64,000 bases of DNA, from the NCBI GenBank assembly GCA_964019425.1, contig OZ025795.1:124001-188000 (forward strand). Reading direction: 5' to 3'. The position numbers were made by a program, and so were the translations under genes. Shown in pieces: positions 34,221 through 43,237 of this stretch. The first letter of the stretch is position 1. Every line of letters starts with the position of its first letter. This stretch comes from Flectonema sp. DT1601. Lineage: Eukaryota. Below the pieces are notes generated by a model. That model ran no database searches, was not told the origin of the DNA, and saw nothing but the letters and a program-made list of their open reading frames with translations.

Positions 34221-34895
34221 TTATAACTTGCAGCCCTTTGGCTTAGTTCCATTATAGTCTCTACAGACTGTTTCCTTCAAGAGGTCGGTTTCCTTCAGCA
34301 CCTTTCCGTTGACAACCAGGTAAGGCACGTAATCCCTGCCCGGAACCAATGCCGTCTTCTTAGCAGCAACAGCAGTCAAGGTTCTTCCCTTTTTGTCATT
34401 CATGCAGGCAGTTACATCAGACGGGTTCAGTCCCGAGATAGTTGCACACTTTTCCATTTGGGAAGTTGAAACCTTACCGTTGGCCTCGAGGCAGTACACG
34501 AAAGGCATGTACTTCGAAGGGTCATCATTCAGCATGTCCTTCACACAGACTTCAGCCAAGTTTCCGTAACACTCCTCAGGTCCATGCTGACACACATTCT
34601 CTCCAGTGTAGCAGTCATCAGCAGGGCTCGAGGCCGAAGGACCGCAGTGCTTCAACCAGCACTCGAATCCCTGATCTCCTTCACATTCATTGATCTTTAC
34701 GTAAGCGTTACCAAATGGAATGAAGTCGAAGTTCATGATGCCGATGAGACCCGGTGCGGTCAGTGTGGAATTCACTGGTCCCCTCACCGTGGCGTCACAT
34801 GCGGGTCAAAGAGACTCTCCGTAGAAGTCAACGGACACCTTCTCCTGAGCGGAGGCGGTCACGGCGAGCATAGCAACAAAGAGAGCACGGTGCAT
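34221..34895 (-). CDS. GILT: GILT selenoprotein copy 4, 224 aa; Sec TGA at 34806-34808
   Basis: ATG at 34895; FYGESL-U-PAC; GILT signature present. Confidence 0.9.
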
Positions 34896-35427
34896 TGTTG
34901 TGGAGGTGTTGAAGCTGAAAAGGGAAAACCAATCAAGTAGAACCATATTAGCAAACGAGTTCCAAAATACTTGTCCAAGTCTAACAAGTAGTGCTTCTTT
35001 CGTTTTTTTTTTTGTTCACTTTCATTCGTTTGTGGGGCTGTTTTTCAGCACAAATGGATTCCGCTTTACGAAGATTTCAAGGGCGTTTCCTTGCTGAATA
35101 ATCGCACGAAATTGTATCCGAAACAAGATTGAAAAAAAGATGACAACAGCGACAAGACATTCACGTAGAAACCATTCAGACAAGCCTTATATTTTGTTGA
35201 TCGCAGCTAGTTTTACTGGCGCACAGGGAAATAGATAACATGACATAATAAATAACGGTTCTTAATCTGAATAGTTTCTTCTCCGACTTAGTCGGTACAA
35301 AAAATAAAACTCAAAACAGCCTTCATCAACATCAAGAGTTTTATTATAATCAGAGTACAAGCCCCTCAAATTTGAAGGCATCGTATCATATATGATCTAG
35401 TAGGAAATCACAACGGATATGTGTCGT

Positions 35428-35700
35428 CTAACCAAATCGAGCTTCAACTGTGTATCCAAATCTTAAGACGCCATCTACTGTTGGAATATCTTTTAATTGC
35501 ATACCTGGATTTTGATAATCTGCATCATATGACCAGCAGTAGCAGTCTTTACCAACATCCAGAGTTAGTTTTCTAACTTTAAAAAAAACGTACAAGTCTG
35601 ACACCGTTTTCTCTCTGTTTTTTATTTCAACTTCGATTCCTTCATTCCCCAAAGCAAGTCCTCCAAATCCCCCTTGTTTGAAGACTGCAGTTACAGACAT
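35428..35700 (-). CDS. Small hypothetical protein (90 aa)
   Basis: ATG-initiated ORF on the coding strand with globular-looking composition. No family recognised. Confidence 0.5.
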   Translation of the reverse strand: MSVTAVFKQGGFGGLALGNEGIEVEIKNREKTVSDLYVFFKVRKLTLDVGKDCYCWSYDADYQNPGMQLKDIPTVDGVLRFGYTVEARFG

Positions 35701-36145
35701 TTTGTACTTTGGATGCCTAAAAACAAAATTATTGTTAACTAATGTTTATATAAGAACCTTCTCTTCCATTAAGCCGAAAAGACTAACGAAAAGAGTAGCT
35801 AGAAAGTGTTAGTTAGTTGGTTAGCAAAAATACAAAAACTGATGACTGTCCGCATCAGCAAGGACCCAATCACGAAGATTGTAGATTGTAGTTTTATAGC
35901 TTCGGTTGGAAGTGATCGACTCCCAGTGGCAAAAAAAAAAAACCAGTTGTTAGTTAGAGACCCGAAAAAGTTAATCAGTACATGTTTTCAGTAGGCGATA
36001 TGTAATTAAACAACGTACATAAATATTGTAGATGTGTTTTGCGACTAGGTTAGTACGGGATCACAAAAGCACTGATTACTACAATAAAACAATGAAAGAA
36101 ATTACAGGTAAAGAGCTATCGAAAGAGACAAAAAGCAGTAAATTC

Positions 36146-37282
36146 TCATATTGGAATTTTCTTCTTTTTAATACCACTATTCCGCAATGAAATAACCGCT
36201 GTGCAAGTCATAAATAAAAATAACACCAATAAGGTGTGCCAATTCGGAACAGGTCGTCCGAGAGATAAATCGAAGACAAGAGTTGCGATAGGTTCAAAAG
36301 ACATTATACCTGTGACGACAATAGGAGTGGAAAAACTTAGAGCCAATACTATGCTCCCTTGAAAACACGCAGTCAATAGAGCAACCAAGAACGTCGGAAC
36401 TGAATACCAAGGGTTAATCATAGCAAACAACCATGTTCCAATACTAAGTTCAGGATTGAAATAAAAAGAATTTAATAACAAAAAGACAGTCGACTGTGCG
36501 TACATCATTCCCATGAGAGGAACCAACGGAATATAATTACGTAAAGTCTTTACGAACATTAGATGAGCAGCATTGACACATGAGACAGCCAGACCTGCTA
36601 GCACTCCATACACAGAAGGTCCGAGAACTATTATAAAATAAGTAACAACCGTAAGTGCGATGTATAATGAATACTTCACTATCTGATCATGTTTTTGTTT
36701 ATCTTGTATCAGTGAAAACATCACTGTAAACAAACAAGAGCAATTCGTAAGCACAGCCGTAACTTCATCACCAGCATAGTCCAAAGCCAACTGAGCCATA
36801 ATACTGACGACTCCGTGAGTGATCCCAGCTAGTAAGAGTGTTGTTATGAGTTGTTTATTGTTTTCATCAGTAAAATGTTTTAATATTTGATTCACATCAC
36901 CCAAAGGTATCCCAATGTTCGACTGTTGCTGTAGAGCTACTGCACACAATAACGTAAGTACTAAGTTACGTGTTCCAACTTTTAGCATCGGATTTTCTTC
37001 GTACATATCCATGAGAGGGAAGACTAATCCTCCACAACAAGTTCCAAATAGCGCTAATCCAACACCGAGATATGCTCTGTGAGGACCACGAGCAATAGAT
37101 TCCCATTCTGCTAAAAACTTCTCAGCATTGCCGCGTTTACTCTTTTTCAAACTCAACAACTCTGCAGGTGTATCAGGAAGGGTTTCGATGGAATCATTTC
37201 TCGAAATATCTAACAGCACATCTTCTTGAAGCTCTTCAGGTCGGAGCCGTGGATGCCTACTATGACTTGTTGTCTGTTCCAT
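36146..37282 (-). CDS. DMT/EamA-like multi-pass membrane transporter
   Basis: About 10 hydrophobic segments; the motif VVTGIMSFEPIATLV..LG is typical of EamA. Confidence 0.7.
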   Translation of the reverse strand: MEQTTSHSRHPRLRPEELQEDVLLDISRNDSIETLPDTPAELLSLKKSKRGNAEKFLAEWESIARGPHRAYLGVGLALFGTCCGGLVFPLMDMYEENPMLKVGTRNLVLTLLCAVALQQQSNIGIPLGDVNQILKHFTDENNKQLITTLLLAGITHGVVSIMAQLALDYAGDEVTAVLTNCSCLFTVMFSLIQDKQKHDQIVKYSLYIALTVVTYFIIVLGPSVYGVLAGLAVSCVNAAHLMFVKTLRNYIPLVPLMGMMYAQSTVFLLLNSFYFNPELSIGTWLFAMINPWYSVPTFLVALLTACFQGSIVLALSFSTPIVVTGIMSFEPIATLVFDLSLGRPVPNWHTLLVLFLFMTCTAVISLRNSGIKKKKIPI

Positions 37283-37726
37283 ATTAACCTGTTACTAATT
37301 ATAGAAACCATTAAACATATTTATTGATTGTTATTACAACTAACGAAACAACTCCAACAATATCATTCTCCAGTAAGCTGTAACAGAAAGGAATATTGAG
37401 ATGTAATTCTGTTATCGAAAAAATGCTAACAAAAAAAAAACCTTCTTTTCGCTACTGATAAAACTGATACGTAACTCCTCAAAGGGATAATATTTTTCGA
37501 CATAATCTTACTCACTGAGTGCAGGTTAGAAAGACTATCTAACCTACCTAAGATTAAAGTATAGTGTGCACTGGTTGATATAGTGATTCAAACTAAAGGT
37601 ATTGGTTGGAGGTTATCACTGCGTTACTGTCGGCAGTGAGAATTTGTTGAATATCACGTCAGTCACACTGTCGTCTTCACCAACAGAACGAAACATTAGA
37701 AATCAAAGAAAGTAACTAAAAATTAT

Positions 37727-38278
37727 TTATTTCTTCAACTTACTCTCTTCGTAATTGTGTTTAATAATCGCCTTCTTTACTTTGTTTGATTTTGTTTGTT
37801 GTCTACGAGATGCCCTACGAGATAAGCAGTACGATATGACTAAGTTCTCAACTCCAAGAGTCTCTTTTTGGTTTGTTCCATTAAACCTTTCCAATGCGTG
37901 TTCAGCCATGGCGCGAGTCTTGAATTCTACGAGGGAGTATTTACCTTGACGTTTGATATTTTTGTATTTTTCAATTGTTACTTTCGGGTCATAATCTTCG
38001 AATAAGGTTCTGACATCATTTCTATCTGTTGTGTTGTCTACGTGCAAGTGTACTGTTCTGTCTCTGGCACTCTCAGCAGCTGCCTTCTTCCTCTTTGCAT
38101 TTGCTGTTAGCTTCTTCTCCTCTACTTCACTCAATTCACTCATGTCATCGTCAGCATCATCACCCTTCTTTCTCTTTTGCTTGGCCTTCGCTTTCTTGGT
38201 ACCCGAAGTGGCGTCTGCTCCACTTCCCCAAACCATTGCCATTGCTGACTCCTTCTCCTCGTCTAGTGTTTTACCCAT
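37727..38278 (-). CDS. Small basic RRM-domain protein
   Basis: RTVHLHV (RNP2-like), KYSLVEF (RNP1-like) and AEHALERFNG; Lys-rich flanks. First ATG at 38278. Confidence 0.7.
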   Translation of the reverse strand: MGKTLDEEKESAMAMVWGSGADATSGTKKAKAKQKRKKGDDADDDMSELSEVEEKKLTANAKRKKAAAESARDRTVHLHVDNTTDRNDVRTLFEDYDPKVTIEKYKNIKRQGKYSLVEFKTRAMAEHALERFNGTNQKETLGVENLVISYCLSRRASRRQQTKSNKVKKAIIKHNYEESKLKK

Positions 38279-38561
38279 TTTAGTGATTGGCTTACTGAAG
38301 AATTGATGAGTTAGTGTACTTCTAAGTGACAATAGAATAACGCTTTCATGAGTAAATCCATCCTACCCATCAGAATCACCATCAGAGTTACATACAGCTA
38401 AGCCTAAGCGAGATACGATTTACTTTGTGAGAAAATTCAAATTAAAAATTATCGAAAACTCTCAAATAATACTTTTAAAGAGTTAGGATCGTTGTTTAGT
38501 TCATACAAAAATGATACAGGGAAAAAAAAAAAAAAAAAAAAGAAGTACTCAAAACACCTCA

Positions 38562-39473
38562 TCATGTATATTGAGTAACCAAGTGCATAGCAGCTGAACA
38601 ATGGTCAGTTGATTGCAGTCGTTTATCAAGTCTCCAAGATGCCGTGTCAGCTATAGTGTTGTCAAAGCGACCTTTTAATGATTGAAGAGTTGAAATGTTA
38701 TTTTGTGTTTGATGTTCCAGCTGTTGCAGTTGCTGAAGAATCGAACCTGTTAAGAGATTCTGATGAGGACGACTAGGAGAATTATCTACGTAAGTAGTCG
38801 GCGTTTGCAGAGAACTACCAGGTGTCTGTAGTGGTATTCGTCTGAGTGGAGATGGTGGAGCAATAGGAGTAGGAACTACCGAATTATATAAAGGAGCGGG
38901 TGATGTATACAATACTGTGGGTGGAGGTGATTGAATCGAATCATATCCAGTCTCGAATACCGGATCCACAACTACATTAGAAGGAAAACCAAAAACACTT
39001 TGCTGTGATAGATGTTGTGAAGATTCTGCGAGTTTTTGAACCAAATCATTCTTCGCATTATTCAACTCATCTCTCAGTAGTGTAACTTCATTGTCTAGTG
39101 ATATAGAAGGTGTTACAGCATCTTGTATATCTCTCAGCCAAATATCTCGTTGCATTTGATCAGAAAAACAAATTACTGCCGTCTTCTCAACGTCATTTCC
39201 TAACCAATTAATACAAATCATACTTGGCATTATATCGACATCTGTTTTCTTACCTAATTGGTCAAGTAGTTTTGCTGATACTTGATCTTTGCACTCTAAA
39301 CCAGAAGTTTCTAGCCTTTCGATTACTACTCTGTGTTCACCTCGTACTGAATGGCATTCCTCTCCATTTCCTCTTGCAATTATTAAAGAAGAATCTCTGA
39401 TAGTTACAACTCGTAGTTTCCATCCTCCCTCCTCTAGGATGATCGCGTATACCTTTTCCTTCTTGCTGCTCAT
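38562..39473 (-). CDS. Hypothetical protein with PH-like N-terminus, coiled coil and Pro-rich region
   Basis: GWKLRVVTI...CFSDQMQRDIWLRDIQDA resembles the termini of a PH domain. Confidence 0.65.
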   Translation of the reverse strand: MSSKKEKVYAIILEEGGWKLRVVTIRDSSLIIARGNGEECHSVRGEHRVVIERLETSGLECKDQVSAKLLDQLGKKTDVDIMPSMICINWLGNDVEKTAVICFSDQMQRDIWLRDIQDAVTPSISLDNEVTLLRDELNNAKNDLVQKLAESSQHLSQQSVFGFPSNVVVDPVFETGYDSIQSPPPTVLYTSPAPLYNSVVPTPIAPPSPLRRIPLQTPGSSLQTPTTYVDNSPSRPHQNLLTGSILQQLQQLEHQTQNNISTLQSLKGRFDNTIADTASWRLDKRLQSTDHCSAAMHLVTQYT

Positions 39474-39912
39474 CTAATTTTATAATCTGAGAGCTTGATA
39501 ATGTGTATCTTTGAAAATCATTATTAAAAAAAAGGGGGAAAATAAGTTTTCACTATGCTTCATGTAGTAACCTGTAATATAAATGGTACTGAGTAACTGT
39601 TGTTCATCACGTGAATGATTAACCTTTTCTGAGGATACATAAGAAGCAGCTTGAGGCTATAAACACGCAAGGGAAGACCTACAATAAAAAAGACACACGC
39701 AGAGCTCATAACAACTACTTATACTCAACAGTGCAGCATGTGCACGTTCAGGGAATGCATTCCAGCGAAGAAGCACTGCCCAGCTTATGTAAGTGCGGAA
39801 AAGACGTTGATAAGCTCTACTTAATGAGAATTTAGTAGGCTCATAGACAATATCCACCAAATATTGTGAAGAAGAAAATAGGAAGGGGAAAGAACGAGTT
39901 TGCGAGAAGTTA

Positions 39913-41362
39913 CTATTTCGTGTTGAAGGCAGGTAGCATTCCTGTATAATATATATTTTGTTTTGTTATTTACTAAGAAAGTATTTATAAAGAATAATGA
40001 ATAACACATACCAGTGCCAACTATAACATTCAAGAATGAAGGATAAATTTCCGATTGCCATGTCTTGCCTGCTTCACAATCTTCACCGTCCAAGACGACC
40101 TTATCTCTTGAACGGGGCATCTCAGCATAGATGGACTTGGCTTTAATTTCTGTCCATCTCTTGCTTTCGGCGTGGGTACCCTCTTCGATGGCATCAAATT
40201 CCGAAATCAATCCAAGTCTATTTTGAGGAGTACTCCAACTAGCATGAAGAATACCGTCAGCAAGTCTAGCATGTGGCATAACTTTAGTCGCTTGATCCAA
40301 AGCAGGTGCAGATGTTGCTTGAAAAAACTGAACAGTCCCTTCATGACTTTGCCAACCAAGTGATTCATCATTTACATCATATTTCGGTTTTGCAAGTGGT
40401 TTTTGAATATCATCTGCCGGACCATCAGCAGGAAGCCACTTAATTTTCATCGGGTATGATGTAGAGTGGTGCTTTGCACAGACACAACAGCAACAACAAC
40501 AGCAAAATAACTTTGCCACAGTGTAGCAAACAAATCTAATAGTACCACAGCAACGACAGACTTCACTATCGATATCAATGTCAGCGATAAGACCTGTTGT
40601 AACGGAGAGGACTCCGTAGCGGACTCTGTTTGCTTGGTGAAAGCTGAACAAGTCAAGTTCTCTAGATTCACCCTTCACAAGTCCCCAAATAGAAGTAATG
40701 TCGTCACCTACACCAGTCATGTGAGCCATAGCATTAGCTGAGCCAGAAGGGATGTAGCAAATAGTAAACTTACCCTTCTCTGCGTCAGGTCTTTGCATCA
40801 AACCCTCAAGAGCTTCACACATGCTTCCATCTCCACCAATTGTTGCCACAATGCTGTCCTCATCCAGGACTAGACCTGCTGCTATTGAAGTAGCATCTCC
40901 CCTTCCCTTTGTCGTTGAAACAGTAATCTTGTGACGAGTAAAGGCAACGTGTTTTTGAACGCTTTGTCTAATTTTTTCACCCCTACCGTTTCCAGAATGT
41001 GGGTTTGCAATAACATAAATATTCAGTTTTCTCGGACAAGCCCATTCTTTTACTTTCGCTTTCCATCTTCTTGTTGTCTTCTCATCGTCAAGTATCATTT
41101 TAGTAGCACTCCATTTGACTGCTTCGTACCATGGCTTTCCCTTTTGTGGAAGACCAGTCTTACTGGATATTGTCACACCGTTTTCATTTGGTGTCTTAAC
41201 AATTCTAATCACAAGTGTACATCCCTTCGAACTCGCTCCATATACATTCTTTCTCGGAATAATTTCCTCACTACCGGAACTTCCCACAATTAGACTATCA
41301 TCTTTTAGAGTGAGGTTACAACCCGCTTTGTTTGATATCGTCAATAACTCTGGTGTGGCCAT
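39913..41362 (-). CDS. Sphingosine/ceramide kinase-like (DAGK catalytic domain); exons 41362-40012 and 39941-39913
   Basis: IANPHSGNG, GGDGS, IPSGSANAMA, ADIDIDSE and VVLDGE motifs. A terminal 70-nt GTATGT...CAG intron (40011-39942) gives the C-terminus GMLPAFNTK*. Confidence 0.85.
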
Positions 41363-41521
41363 TGAATTTTAAGTGCTGGCGAAAGTGTGTAATAATAACT
41401 GAAAGTAAATTTTACTCTGAGGATTGCAGTCATAATTCTTGTCCTCATACGTGAACCATTCACTGCTCTTGCCTACATCAAATTAGAGACAGGGATGGGA
41501 CAAACGACGGTCAGAATGGAA

Positions 41522-41627
41522 AGCAACGCTCAGACACGAAAGCTACGTCAACAAATAGCATTCAGGTGACTCACGGTCTGCAGAACTATGAGATCGGCTT
41601 TCTATCTCGTCAATCATTCGCGTTGCT
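41522..41627 (-). ncRNA. C/D-box snoRNA family 1 (7 copies: 41522, 42565, 43261, 43665, 44705, 45401, 46441); target unassigned
   Basis: 8-bp terminal stem AGCAACGC/GCGUUGCU, C-like box AUGAUUG and terminal CUGA. Confidence 0.65.
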
Positions 41628-41680
41628 ATTTTCCTCCTTTTTTCCAACTCCCACAAAACACAGAAAAGAAGTCGCACACA

Positions 41681-41776
41681 CAGAGCTCAGACAGCAGGAC
41701 GGTAGTTGCAGTTTGGTTTCATGAGTAAAGGTTGGAAGCCATCAAATATTATGATAAGGTGATCATCTTAGCTCTG
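41681..41776 (-). ncRNA. C/D-box snoRNA family 2 (7 copies), guide for the LSU motif ACAGCAGGACGGU
   Basis: Terminal stem CAGAGC/GCUCUG, C box AUGAUCA, and D box CUGA preceded by a 13-nt antisense to conserved LSU rRNA. Confidence 0.8.
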
Positions 41777-41831
41777 AATGACGACAACTCAAATCAACGA
41801 GAAGAAGAAGAAGAAGAGAGAACGACAAGGA

Positions 41832-41945
41832 AGCACGAAGTCAGCAAGTTTTAAACCTTTTTTCAAGTCACGAGAAATCAGAAGCAAGACTGGCGTTGGA
41901 AAGGTTGTGTGTGTTATCCATCATGAGAATCATGTGAGAAGTGCT
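41832..41945 (-). ncRNA. C/D-box snoRNA family 3 (5 copies); D' guide predicts the equivalent of yeast 25S Am1133
   Basis: Two CUGA boxes. The internal one follows an antisense to AAGCAAGACUGGCG (compare LSU AAGCAGAACUGGCG); the +5 rule gives the A after AAGC. Confidence 0.7.
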
Positions 41946-42010
41946 GGTATTCCAAATGCATGAAAGGAATCGAAAAAGAACAACGCACTCACAACAGCAG
42001 GGCAACAAAA

Positions 42011-42103
42011 GGATCAGCTTGAAGGCCGAAATTACTTGAAATCAATAAAAAGGATTTTCATACGAACGAGATCTATTGGGTAATTTCTATATCATCATGA
42101 GAT
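42011..42103 (-). ncRNA. C/D-box snoRNA family 4 (3 copies), D' guide to the SSU motif ACGAACGAGAUC
   Basis: Perfect C box AUGAUGA, D' AUGA with a 12-nt SSU-like antisense, and terminal CUGA. Confidence 0.75.
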
Positions 42104-42133
42104 ATTGTGGAATCAATAACAACACAGAGAGGC

Positions 42134-42188
42134 GGATCTCAGGCAAAGTCAGATGAGCGAATGGCAAACATCTTCCGAGGTTGTCTGG
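42134..42188 (-). ncRNA. Possible single-hairpin AGA-box RNA (3 copies); target unassigned
   Basis: Stems CAGACAA/UUGCCUG and AGAUG/CAUCU followed by AGA-UCC. The pocket-to-box spacing is shorter than canonical. Confidence 0.35.
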
Positions 42189-42296
42189 ACCCACAAAACA
42201 GCAGGGGATTCGACTCGGCTATCCTTCAACAACAGGCAGGCAATACGATGAATGGAACAACGACCTCACAACAGCGGGCAACAAAAGGATGAAGAC

Positions 42297-42396
42297 CAGA
42301 CAATCAGACAGCCCGTCGTTGTTTGTCACCAGATCTGCACCCAAAGGGAGCAGGTAAGGCATCAGCTTGCAATACGACTTTCTCATCATGTGTCTG
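42297..42396 (-). ncRNA. C/D-box snoRNA family 5 (5 copies including 2 variants); predicts the equivalent of yeast 18S Cm1639 / human Cm1703
   Basis: Terminal stem CAGACA/UGUCUG, C box AUGAUGA, and a D-box guide antisense to GCCCGUCGUUGUUU (kinetoplastid-like SSU 3' region). The +5 rule hits the known decoding-site Cm. Confidence 0.85.
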
Positions 42397-42424
42397 AAAT
42401 TACTTCAAAGGAGATACATCAAGA

Positions 42425-42491
42425 GATTCTTGTACACGTGGGTGTGCGTTAATTCCATATCCGGAAGGAACGCGACCGTATTGCGTACTTT
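42425..42491 (-). ncRNA. Single-hairpin AGA-box pseudouridylation guide (3 copies); predicted target LSU UGGGUU-Psi-A-GACCGU
   Basis: Lower stem GUACGC/GUGUAC, upper stem GCGUU..UUCCG/UGGAA..AACGC, pocket ACGGUC + ACCCA, 15 nt from pocket top to AGA. Confidence 0.75.
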
Positions 42492-43154
42492 CTAAAAAGA
42501 GATTGGGAACTTCTTCAACAACACACAAAAAGGATCAGCAGGGAAGCAGGAACACGACAGACAAAGCAACGCTCAGACACGAAAGCTACGTCAACAAATA
42601 GCATTCAGGTGACTCACGGTCTGCAGAACTATGAGATCGGCTTTCTATCTCGTCAATCATTCGCGTTGCTATTTTCCTCCTTTTTTCCAACTCCCACAAA
42701 AACGCAGAAAAGATGTCGCACACACAGAGCTCAGACAGCAGGACGGTAGTTGCAGTTTGGTTTCATGAGTAAAGGTTGGAAGCCATCAAATATTATGATA
42801 AGGTGATCATCTTCGCTCTGAATGACGACAACTCAAATCAACGAGAAGAAGAAGAAGAGAACGACAAGGAAGCACGAAGTCAGCAAGTTTTAAACCTTTT
42901 TTCAAGTCACGAGAAATCAGAAGCAAGACTGGCGTTGGAAAGGTTGTGTGTGTTATCCATCATGTGAATCATGTGAAGGAAGTGAATGTTCGAAGACCAG
43001 ACAATCAGACAGCCCGTCGTTGTTTGTCACCAGATCTGCACCCAAAAGGAGCAGGTAAGGCATCAGCTTGCAATACGACTTTTTCATAACGTGTCTGAAA
43101 TGAATACATAAAGTCAGGTGTGAGGCCTCCCACAATACATAGCACAGCAAAGCT

Positions 43155-43237
43155 CAAATCAGACAAAGTAGTAGTAAGAAGTTATCGTCAAATATAATCC
43201 GACATATGCTTGTTATGATATGTGATCATCATATTAC
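43155..43237 (-). ncRNA. C/D-box snoRNA family 6 (3 copies: about 43155, 43559, 45295); predicts the equivalent of yeast 18S Am28
   Basis: C box AUGAUGA, D' CGGA preceded by an 11-nt antisense to SSU CAUAUGCUUGU (+5 rule gives A28), and terminal CUGA. Confidence 0.8.

Noticed and set aside
23799..34808. GILT copies as nonsense pseudogenes, or UGA reassigned genome-wide
   Set aside because: The TGA is at the catalytic Cys position in all four copies with no other lesions and a SECIS-like element follows each. Other genes in the window end in TGA.
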